A DNA stretch of 39,943 bases from contig JAOTYQ010000001.1 of the NCBI GenBank assembly GCA_029861725.1, positions 1 through 39,943 of the forward strand, written 5' to 3'. The DNA is from Acidimicrobiia bacterium (GTDB lineage Bacteria > Actinomycetota > Acidimicrobiia > Acidimicrobiales > SZUA-35). A program made the position numbers and the translations under genes. A model generated the notes under the pieces. It was not told the origin of the DNA, did not search any database, and saw only the letters and a program-made list of their open reading frames with translations. Of this stretch, positions 9,512 through 17,217 are shown one piece after another. The number at the start of each line of letters is the position of its first letter. Positions within the stretch are counted from its first letter, which is position 1.

Positions 9512-10501
9512 ATGACTCGTGCCAACACCGACTCCGCTCGGACTCGAGCGGCCGACGCCGCTGCTACGCCGGCGCTGACGTGCACAAACCTCAGCAAGCG
9601 GTTCGACGACCGGCTCGTCGTCGACGACGTCGGCTTCGACGTCGCCGCCGGCGAGACCTACGGGCTTCTCGGCCCGAACGGAGCGGGCAAGACCACGACG
9701 ATCTCGATGATCTGCGCCCTGCTCAAGCGAAACTCGGGGTCGGTCGTTGTCAACGGCTACGACCTCGACCAGCAGCCGGCCAAGGCGAAGGCCACGCTGG
9801 GCTACGTACCCCAGGACCTGGCGATCTATCCCGACCTCTCCGGGGCCGAGAACCTCGGCTTCTTCGGGCGCTTGCAGGGACTCCGGGGCCGGAACCTGCA
9901 ACGACGGGTCGAGGAGGTGCTGGAAACGGTCGGCTTGTCGGACCGAGCCCGCGATCGGGCCGAGGAGTACTCCGGTGGCATGAAGCGCCGGCTGAACATC
10001 GGGATCGGGCTGTTGCACGAGCCTCGGTTGTTGATCCTCGACGAGCCAACCGTGGGGGTCGACCCCCAGAGCCGTGACTCGATCCTGTCGAGCGTTGGCG
10101 AGCTGGGGGCGTCAGGGATCGGCGTGCTGTACACGACCCACTACATGGAGGAGGCGGAGCGGCTCTGCGACCGGGTCGGCATCATCGATCGGGGACGGCT
10201 GGTAGCCGAGGGGACGCGTCGTGAGCTCGTCGATCTGGTCGGCGAGCACGACTGGATCCGCCTCTCGGTCGACGGTCGGCCAGACCGGGTCGTCTCTCGC
10301 TTGCAGGACCTCCCTCAGGTCGTGACGATCACGGCCGACGACCACGACATCTCGCTCGAAGTAACCGACGGGCACCACGTGTTGCCGGCGGTCATCGAAG
10401 CCGCGGCGACGGACGGTGATCGAGTGATCGGGGTCGAACTGGTCGAACCGGATCTCGAGTCTGTGTTCCTCCACCTCACCGGCCGGGCGCTCAGGGACTG
10501 A
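9512..10501 (+). CDS. ABC transporter ATP-binding protein (ABC-2/DrrA-like)
   Basis: Walker A GPNGAGKTT, Q-loop, signature YSGGMKRRL, Walker B LLILDEP, H-loop TTHYMEEA. Extra C-terminal domain as in DrrA-type ATPases. Confidence 0.9.
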   Translation: MTRANTDSARTRAADAAATPALTCTNLSKRFDDRLVVDDVGFDVAAGETYGLLGPNGAGKTTTISMICALLKRNSGSVVVNGYDLDQQPAKAKATLGYVPQDLAIYPDLSGAENLGFFGRLQGLRGRNLQRRVEEVLETVGLSDRARDRAEEYSGGMKRRLNIGIGLLHEPRLLILDEPTVGVDPQSRDSILSSVGELGASGIGVLYTTHYMEEAERLCDRVGIIDRGRLVAEGTRRELVDLVGEHDWIRLSVDGRPDRVVSRLQDLPQVVTITADDHDISLEVTDGHHVLPAVIEAAATDGDRVIGVELVEPDLESVFLHLTGRALRD

Positions 10502-10533
10502 GCGGGGACTCCGCGACCTTCGGGCCGGCTTGG

Positions 10534-11691
10534 CTACGACAGCTGCAGCGAGCGTCGCAGCATGACGGTCGCGAGCCCCAACAGCCCGGCAGCGTAGACG
10601 AGCAGCACCGCCAGTTCGGTCGTCACATCGACGATTCCGCCGCCCCGCTGGACGACCTCGGCGAACGCGTCGTTCGCCCAGGCATGAGGAGTGACGTGGG
10701 CCGCCCTCCGGAGCCCGTCGGGGAACACCTCGAGTGGCACCATGCAGCCCCCGAACGCGGCGAAGGCCAGCCCGACCGACATTCCGACCGCGGTCGACTG
10801 GTTCTCGTTGTGGAGCATCGAGCCGACGAGGACCGCAGCAGCCGTCGCCACCAGCGAGAACACCCCGATCACGGCGAGCGCCGCAGGCCACGAGCCCCAG
10901 TCGGCCCCGAACACGAGCGACGTGGCGACGGCGATGAAGACGCCCTGGACGACGGCGACGCCGAACCGGCCGAGGAGGATACCGCCGAGCACCTGGCCGG
11001 TGGACGCCGGCGTCGCCAGCATCCGGCGAGTGACCCCGAGCCGGCGGGATTGGATGATGGCTGCCGACGCGATCATGCCGATGAGGAAGAGGAACAGCAC
11101 CAGCTGCTGGCCGGCGACCTGGCCGAACTCGTCGCTCCCGGCGAAGTCCTCGCCGTCGGCGTCGACGGTCAGCACCGCCGTCCGGGGCACCCCTTGTTCC
11201 ACCTCGGCCACCGTCGCCAGCCCGGCGTCGAGATCGATGCCGGCCTCGGATGCCACGAGCCGGGCGGCTCGCAGCTTGGCGTTCTGGTCGGCCACGACCG
11301 CGTCGACCAGGCCCTGCTGCTCGAAGCCGTTGCCGTCGGGCAGTGCCAGGTACTCGACGGCGGTCGGGCCGCCGGCGAACGTCTCGCCATAGCCCTCGGG
11401 CAGGATGACCACGGCCGACAGCTCCTCCCGTTGAAGCAGGTCCCTGGCTTCGGCTTCGTCGGCGAACGTGGTGACCTCGACCCCGCCACCGGCTTCGAGC
11501 TGGTCGGCGAACGCTGCTCCGAGCGGGGTCGGCTCGACCCCGGTCACGACGCCGATCCGGGGCTCGAACCCTGCGGCGGTCGATCCGAGCACGAGGATCA
11601 GGAGCAGCGGCAGCACGAACACGAAGAACAGGTTGGCCCGCTGGCGGACGAGCCGCCGGAGGCTGTTCGCCGCTATCAAGAGCACGGTCAT
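10534..11691 (-). CDS. ABC-2 type transporter permease
   Basis: ORF 10534..12051, trimmed to Met121 (MTVLLIAANSLRRLVRQRANLFFVFVLPLLL). TM1, a large soluble loop, then 5 TM segments. Its ATG overlaps the stop of the upstream permease (ATGA). Confidence 0.8.
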   Translation of the reverse strand: MTVLLIAANSLRRLVRQRANLFFVFVLPLLLILVLGSTAAGFEPRIGVVTGVEPTPLGAAFADQLEAGGGVEVTTFADEAEARDLLQREELSAVVILPEGYGETFAGGPTAVEYLALPDGNGFEQQGLVDAVVADQNAKLRAARLVASEAGIDLDAGLATVAEVEQGVPRTAVLTVDADGEDFAGSDEFGQVAGQQLVLFLFLIGMIASAAIIQSRRLGVTRRMLATPASTGQVLGGILLGRFGVAVVQGVFIAVATSLVFGADWGSWPAALAVIGVFSLVATAAAVLVGSMLHNENQSTAVGMSVGLAFAAFGGCMVPLEVFPDGLRRAAHVTPHAWANDAFAEVVQRGGGIVDVTTELAVLLVYAAGLLGLATVMLRRSLQLS

Positions 11692-12875
11692 CGCTGTGCC
11701 ACCCCCTTGGCCGCTGCCATCAGCCCAACCGAGCCGGTCACGACGATGAAGACGGCGATCGCCAGCAGCGGCCCGCCGATCGAACTGAGTGGTACGCCGT
11801 AGGACACGTCCCTGAGTCCTTCGAGCAGCCACCGGTGGGGCGAGATGTACGAGACGGCGCCGATCAGGTCCGACGCCGAGCTGATCGGGAAGAACGCCCC
11901 GCCGAGCAGACCGAGCACGACTGCCGCCATCGACGCGTAGGCCCCCGCCTGCTCGGCGGTCCGGGCCACCGACGAGACGACTGCCGCCAGCGACACGGCG
12001 GTCAGCACGCCGAGCACCACGAAGACGGCGACCCCCAGAGCGTCGCCCCATACCGCACCCATCAACACGGTCGTGGCGACGACCATGACCGCCATGCTCC
12101 CCACGCCGAGGACGAACGACGACACCAGCTTCCCGACGATGATGGCGGCGGGAGACATCGGGGCCGTCCGCAACCGCGCCAGGGTTCCCGCCTCCTCCTC
12201 TTCGAGGAGCGACAGCACGCCGAACTGGACGGTGAAGAACAGGAAGAACACCGACAGCGAGATCGCGTAGTAGCTCGTAGGGTCGAAGCCCCGCCCCTCC
12301 TCGGTCACGCTGTCGAGGGCTATCGGTGGCTCGACGGTCTGGGCCAGGGCAGCGATCTCGGTGGGATCGCCGGCCCCGGTGGCGGCGGCCGAAGCGACGG
12401 CCAAGGTCACGTAGTCGACCTCGGACGCGAAGCTCTCGGCGATCGCCTCGGCCACGCTGACCGAGATCGGCGCACTCCGATCCCCGACGACGACCAGCTG
12501 ACCGGGATTGCCGGAGCGGGTCGCCTCGGTGAACGATGGGGGGACGACGAACCCGGCATTCACCGAGCCGTCGGCGACCAGATCGTCGAGCTCGCTGCGG
12601 TCGGTCACGTCGGTGACAACCGCGACGCCGTCGGCTTCGAGCTCGTCCATCAGGCCCTCGAACGCGGCGCCGAGCTCGCCGCGGTCCTCGTTGAGCACCG
12701 CGAACTCGAACCGGGTCGTTTCCGCCACCGATCCGAGCGTTGCATCGAGAATGAGAACCAGACCAAGAGGGGCGACCACGCCCATGATGAGCGCCGACCG
12801 GTCACGCACTCGTTGGCGCAGATCCTTCAGTCCGATCAGCAGCGCATTGACGATCACCAGGGAATCGTCCGGCAT
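11688..12875 (-). CDS. ABC-2 type transporter permease
   Basis: ORF 11688..13028, trimmed to Met52 (MPDDSLVIVNALLIGLKDLRQRVRDRSALIMGVVAPLGL). Same TM1-loop-TM2-6 layout as its paralogous neighbour. Confidence 0.8.
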   Translation of the reverse strand: MPDDSLVIVNALLIGLKDLRQRVRDRSALIMGVVAPLGLVLILDATLGSVAETTRFEFAVLNEDRGELGAAFEGLMDELEADGVAVVTDVTDRSELDDLVADGSVNAGFVVPPSFTEATRSGNPGQLVVVGDRSAPISVSVAEAIAESFASEVDYVTLAVASAAATGAGDPTEIAALAQTVEPPIALDSVTEEGRGFDPTSYYAISLSVFFLFFTVQFGVLSLLEEEEAGTLARLRTAPMSPAAIIVGKLVSSFVLGVGSMAVMVVATTVLMGAVWGDALGVAVFVVLGVLTAVSLAAVVSSVARTAEQAGAYASMAAVVLGLLGGAFFPISSASDLIGAVSYISPHRWLLEGLRDVSYGVPLSSIGGPLLAIAVFIVVTGSVGLMAAAKGVAQR

Positions 12876-12925
12876 CCGGGCCCGGCCTCGCCACCGCCGA
12901 AGGTCCCGTTCGCTACGGTGGCTCT
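12876..12925. promoter_or_regulatory. Divergent intergenic region (permease operon <-> DUF35/thiolase operon)
   Basis: Inferred from the arrangement only. It extends to 12958 if the DUF35 gene starts at the ATG at 12959. Confidence 0.3.
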
Positions 12926-13351
12926 GTGGCGCCAAGCCGAGCTCGATATCCCCGACTGATGCGGGTGGGCGACCCGCCGACGATTGTCGGGCACGAGTGC
13001 CAACGTTGCGGTCGGTGTGCATTTCCACCAGACCCGTATGGCTGTGAGCGGTGCGGAGCAGGCGTCGACGAGCTCGACGAGATCGAGCTGGCCGCCGCTG
13101 GCGTGATCCACGCGATCGCCACGGTGCACCGTCACCATCATGCGAGGCCCGAGACCCCGTTCACGGTGGCCACGATCGTCCTCGACGACGGCATCGCTTT
13201 GAAGGCAGTGCTCACCGGCGACGTCTCGGCCGCTGCCATCGGCTCTCGGGTCCGGGGCGTCGCCGTGCCCTGGGAGACCGCCGATGATGGCACCGAGGTG
13301 GTCGACCTCCGATTCGAGGTGGCCGACATCGGCCGCGGAGCGAGCGGGTAG
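12926..13351 (+). CDS. Zn-ribbon/OB-fold protein (DUF35 family)
   Basis: CQRCGRCAFPPDPYGCERCG four-Cys ribbon followed by an OB-like segment (GVIHAIATVH...FTVATIVLDDGIALKAVL). Start uncertain: GTG 12926 or ATG 12959. The stop overlaps the GTG start of the next gene (TAGTG). Confidence 0.75.
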   Translation: MAPSRARYPRLMRVGDPPTIVGHECQRCGRCAFPPDPYGCERCGAGVDELDEIELAAAGVIHAIATVHRHHHARPETPFTVATIVLDDGIALKAVLTGDVSAAAIGSRVRGVAVPWETADDGTEVVDLRFEVADIGRGASG

Positions 13352-14499
13352 TGGCCGGCAACATCCTCGCCGATCGACCCGTGTACGTCGTCGGCATCGG
13401 CTTCCACCGCTACCAGCGCAACTCCGATGCGACCTACGTGCACCTCGGCTTGACCGCGGTGCGAGCAGCGCTCGCTGACGCCGGCATCGACTGGCCTGCG
13501 GTCGAGACCGCCTACACCGGCACCGCCCTGCTCGGCATGGGGTCGAGCCGGATCATGCTCAGCCGTCTCGGTTCCACCGGCATACCGATGGCCCAGGTCG
13601 AGAACGCGTCGGCCTCCGGGTCGACCGCCGTGGCCCAGGCCAGCCTCGACGTGGCCTCGGGCCGGACCGACGTGGCCCTCGCTCTCGGGGTCGACAAGCC
13701 CCGGGCCGGGATTGCGGCCGGACCGGCCGAAGCCGGCATCGAGAACCTCGAAGGCGGGACGATCGTCCCGTTCACCCACTTCGCCCTCCTCGCGTCGGCC
13801 TATCTCGACGCCCACGGCGTGACCCCGGAGCAGGTCGCCGCCGTCGCGCTCAAGAACCACCGGAACGGCGCCCACAACCCCAATGCCCAACGGCGCCAGG
13901 AGCGAACCCTCGACGAGATCATGGCGGAGCCGATCTCCGGGTCGATGACGAGACTGCAGTGCTGCCCGGTGGGGGAGGGGGCGGCTGCGGTGATCGTCGC
14001 GTCCGACGACGGCATCGACCGGTTTCGGATCGACCGGTCGCGGGCGGTCCGCATCGTGGCCTCGGCCACCAGGACCGAGCGGCTCTACCCACCGGGGGAA
14101 GGTATCGACGCCGCCCTCACCGCCGAGACCGCAGTCGACGCCTTCGATCAGGCCGGCGTCGGTCCCGCCGAGCTCGACGTGCTCGAGGTCCACGATGCGT
14201 TCAGCATCGAGGAGCTGCTCTACACCGAAGCCCTCGGCTTGTGCCCGCCGGGCGAGGCCGCCTCGCTCGTGGCGTCGGGCGACTTCGACCTCGGCGGCCG
14301 CTGTGCTGTCAGCCCGTCCGGGGGACTGCTGGCGATGGGCCACCCGATCGGCCCGACGGGGACAGGCCAGATCGCCGAGATCGCCCGCCAGCTGAGAGGG
14401 GAGGCCGGGCCCCGGCAGCAGCCGGCGGCCCGCTGCGGTCTCGCCCACATGGTCGGCGTCGGGGCGGTGTGTGTGGTCCACCTCCTGGTCAAGGACTGA
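13351..14499 (+). CDS. Thiolase-like (SCP-x/nonspecific lipid-transfer type) protein, nucleophile Cys replaced by Ser
   Basis: VYVVGIGFH, VENASASGSTAV (canonical N-x-C-A-S-G has Ser87 here, nt 13609..13611), GGLLAMGHPIGPTGTGQ, LAHMVGVG. GTG start coupled to the DUF35 gene. Confidence 0.85.
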   Translation: MAGNILADRPVYVVGIGFHRYQRNSDATYVHLGLTAVRAALADAGIDWPAVETAYTGTALLGMGSSRIMLSRLGSTGIPMAQVENASASGSTAVAQASLDVASGRTDVALALGVDKPRAGIAAGPAEAGIENLEGGTIVPFTHFALLASAYLDAHGVTPEQVAAVALKNHRNGAHNPNAQRRQERTLDEIMAEPISGSMTRLQCCPVGEGAAAVIVASDDGIDRFRIDRSRAVRIVASATRTERLYPPGEGIDAALTAETAVDAFDQAGVGPAELDVLEVHDAFSIEELLYTEALGLCPPGEAASLVASGDFDLGGRCAVSPSGGLLAMGHPIGPTGTGQIAEIARQLRGEAGPRQQPAARCGLAHMVGVGAVCVVHLLVKD

Positions 14500-14561
14500 C
14501 AGGCCGGCGGTGGACCACAGCCACCTGTTGCACCGCTCGGACGGTGTGAGAGGATCTGGCC

Positions 14562-14853
14562 GTGCCAGACATCGACCTGCTCTCGGTGGCCAGCTACGCC
14601 GGTGGCCAACCGCACGACCAGTACGCCTGGCTGCGCGAGCACGCGCCGGTCTACCGACACTACGAGCCCGACGGGCCGGGCTTCTGGGCGGTCACCCGCT
14701 ATGACGAGATCGACTTCTTCCCGGGAGACCGTGGCGAGGCTGGAGGATCTCGAACCTGCCGGCCCTACGGAGTGGATGGCCTCGAACTTCATCTTCGGAC
14801 CGACCACGCTCCCGGTCCGGTTCCGGCCAGGGCCACGACGGACCGACCGATGA
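14562..14853 (+). pseudogene. Cytochrome P450 remnant with a large internal deletion
   Basis: A GTG with a GAGAGGA RBS opens a P450-like N-terminus (DLLSVASYAGGQPHDQYAWLREHAPVYRHYEPDGPGFWAVTRYDEI) for about 50 codons. From about 14722 a different frame reads a P450-like C-terminus (RLEDLEPAGPTEWMASNFIFGPTTLPVRF). The I-helix, ExxR and heme Cys loop are all absent. Confidence 0.65.
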
Positions 14854-14914
14854 CCGGCGATGCTCGGCAACGGTTCCCAGAGCTGGGTGCGATGGCGGCG
14901 GCGGCACCGACGCT

Positions 14915-15679
14915 GTGACCATCGTCGAGCATCACGATCGGGGCTACGGCCACGTCCCGGGCATCTCGCCGTACTCGGCGGGGGTGCGAGCACTGGCCGG
15001 CCATCGGATCAGACGGGTCGCCCTCCGGCAGCCGATCTCCTGGCGCCGCGGGTTCGATCTGATCGATCGGGCACTGGCTGCCGCCGGGCGCCCGGTGACC
15101 GCCCTGTGCTCGATCGAGCTGCGCTGCCCGGCCCCCCACAGCTTCGGCGGGTTCGGTTCGTTCAACGACGAGTACCGCGACGCCCTCGACGATCGTGCGA
15201 TCCTCCTCGACGATGGCGAGAACCCGATCTCCCGAACCAACGTCGCTCCGATCGCCGATTCTCGGGTCGACACCAGCATCGCCGCCTTCGGCTACACCGT
15301 CCCTCATGCGACCGCCGCCCGGCCCTCGTTCATCGTGTCCGGTGCCGGCGACCTGGCCGACCAGTCCGATCTCCGGCCGGAGGCGATCGTCGGTGGGTCG
15401 GCCTCATGGGACGAGACCGGCCCCGCTCGAGCGACAGCCGTGCTCGACGAGCTCGAAGCGCGGCTCGCCGCCATGGGGTTGACCTGGGACGACACCGACG
15501 CCGTTGCGGTGTACTCGGTCGAGGCCGTCGACGGCGTGTGCCGGACCGTCGTCCTCGACCGGCTCGGCCCCGCCGGGGGCCGTGGCCTGCATCGGTTCTT
15601 CGCCCGGCCCCCGATCGAGGGCCTGCGGTTCGAGATGGACGCCCGCGGCGGGGTCGAGGAGCTGATGTCCGAAACCTGA
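14915..15679 (+). CDS. Hypothetical protein (possibly two YjgF/RidA-like half-domains)
   Basis: 254-aa ORF with a GTG start and coding-type composition. Weak resemblance to the RidA fold in both halves (ENPISRTNVAPI; LDELEARLAAMGLTWDDTDAVAVYSVE...IEGLRFEMDA). No firm family assignment. Confidence 0.5.
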   Translation: MTIVEHHDRGYGHVPGISPYSAGVRALAGHRIRRVALRQPISWRRGFDLIDRALAAAGRPVTALCSIELRCPAPHSFGGFGSFNDEYRDALDDRAILLDDGENPISRTNVAPIADSRVDTSIAAFGYTVPHATAARPSFIVSGAGDLADQSDLRPEAIVGGSASWDETGPARATAVLDELEARLAAMGLTWDDTDAVAVYSVEAVDGVCRTVVLDRLGPAGGRGLHRFFARPPIEGLRFEMDARGGVEELMSET

Positions 15680-15694
15680 CCCGCGCTCCGAAAG

Positions 15695-16162
15695 CTAGTC
15701 GCCGGCTGTGACCTCGAAGATCGCTTCGATCTCGACGGCGATGTCGAAGGGGAGCTCCGCCATCCCGACCGCTGATCGAGTGTGAACGCCGGCTTCGCCG
15801 AAGACGTCGTGGAACAACTGCGAGCAGCCGTTGATGACGGCCGGTGTCTGATTGAACCCCGGAGCGCAGTTCACCATCCCGAACACCTTGACCACCCGGC
15901 TCACCCGGTCGAGCGATCCCAGCTCCGCTCTCACCGACCGGAGGATCTGCAGGCCGGTGAGTCGTGCGGCCTCCTGGGCCGTTTCGAGGTCGATCTCACC
16001 GCCGACCTTCCCGGCGATCCGGGTTCCGTCGCTGCGCACCGGTCCGTGGCCACCGACGTGCAGCAGGCCGCCGGATTGCACCGCCGATACGTACAGGCCG
16101 GCCGGTGGGTACCCTTCCGGCAGCTCGATACCGGCCGCCGCCATCCGCTGCTCGTGGCTCAT
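15695..16162 (-). CDS. RidA/YjgF family protein
   Basis: GLLHVGGHGP, ETAQEAARLTGLQILRSV, VVKVFGMVN, RSAVGMAELPFDIAVEIEAIFEV are typical RidA-family blocks. The start could be Met7. Confidence 0.85.
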   Translation of the reverse strand: MSHEQRMAAAGIELPEGYPPAGLYVSAVQSGGLLHVGGHGPVRSDGTRIAGKVGGEIDLETAQEAARLTGLQILRSVRAELGSLDRVSRVVKVFGMVNCAPGFNQTPAVINGCSQLFHDVFGEAGVHTRSAVGMAELPFDIAVEIEAIFEVTAGD

Positions 16163-16200
16163 GGGCGGAGTGTAGATGACGGCGGCACCGTCGGGGCCCG

Positions 16201-17121
16201 TCAGCTGTTATCGCGGGTTGCGGCGTAGCCGCGGCGCATGAACGCCTGCAGGTAGTCGCGATAGACCAGCGGCTCGTGCCGCTTCGGGTGGTCGGCGTCG
16301 ACGCAGCTCGGCACCGGGTCGATCACCGAGTCGACGCGAGGATCGAAGAAGAACGGGATCGCGTACCGGTCGAAGGGAACATCGCTTCGGGCCCGATGCC
16401 GGGTCGAGAGGAACCGATCGTTGGTCCACCGACGGAGCATGTCGCCGGCGTTGACCACGAACGACTCCGGCTCCTGCTCGACGGGCCGCCACGTGCCCGA
16501 CGGTTCCTGTATCTCCAGCCCCGCCACCGGGTTGGTTGGCAGCATCGTCATGAAGCCGGCGTCGGAGTGGGGGTCGATGCCCCACTGGCCGTCGACGGCA
16601 AGGACCGGCGGGTAGTGGGTCAAGCGCAGGGTGGCCAGCGCCGGGTCGAAGAACTGATCGAAATACTCCGCTGGCATGCCGACGGCCAGAGCATAGAGCG
16701 GGAGCAAGTGATGGCCGAGCTCGTCCATCGCCCGGTAGTAGGCGGTGAGGGCAGCCTCGAACCCCGGCAAGACCTCGGGATCCGGCAGCCGGTTGCGGGC
16801 CGAGCCCGGGCGACCCATGAAGAACGCGGCGTTCAGGGCCGGGTGCTCGCCTTGCTGGGCGCCGCCGATCGGGATGTACCCCATGTTGGCCGGTCCCATG
16901 CCGTGCGCGGTCTTCACCTCGATGGGCAGCGCGTGGTAGCGGCGGGCCCAGCCGTAGATCTCCTCCACCTGGTCCCAGGGAATGCCGTGGCCAACGATCG
17001 AGACGAACCCCAGATCGGTGAGTGCCGCCCCGATCGCCTCGGCGGCGGCGGTGGTGGAGCCGCGGTCATCGGAGCGGTGGCCCGAGACGTCGACGACGGG
17101 GAGGCTGAGACCGGTGAGCAC
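16201..17121 (-). CDS. 2-oxoglutarate/Fe(II)-dependent oxygenase (isopenicillin N synthase-like family)
   Basis: ORF 16201..17625, trimmed to in-frame GTG (Val169), giving MLTGLSLPVVDVSG.... TTG at 17142 is an alternative start. Facial triad context: GIDPHSDAGFMTML and STRHRA. The long extension is antisense to the neighbouring gene. Confidence 0.8.
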   Translation of the reverse strand: MLTGLSLPVVDVSGHRSDDRGSTTAAAEAIGAALTDLGFVSIVGHGIPWDQVEEIYGWARRYHALPIEVKTAHGMGPANMGYIPIGGAQQGEHPALNAAFFMGRPGSARNRLPDPEVLPGFEAALTAYYRAMDELGHHLLPLYALAVGMPAEYFDQFFDPALATLRLTHYPPVLAVDGQWGIDPHSDAGFMTMLPTNPVAGLEIQEPSGTWRPVEQEPESFVVNAGDMLRRWTNDRFLSTRHRARSDVPFDRYAIPFFFDPRVDSVIDPVPSCVDADHPKRHEPLVYRDYLQAFMRRGYAATRDNS

Positions 17122-17217
17122 GGAACCGATCGTAGTTGACAACCCGTCTCGGCTCGACAGCCGGAGAACCGCCCGACGGATCGAACGGCGACCAACCCCT
17201 GGTGTTAGGGTCGCACG
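17122..17217. promoter_or_regulatory. Divergent intergenic region (2OG oxygenase <-> RdhA-like gene)
   Basis: Inferred from the arrangement only. Confidence 0.35.
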
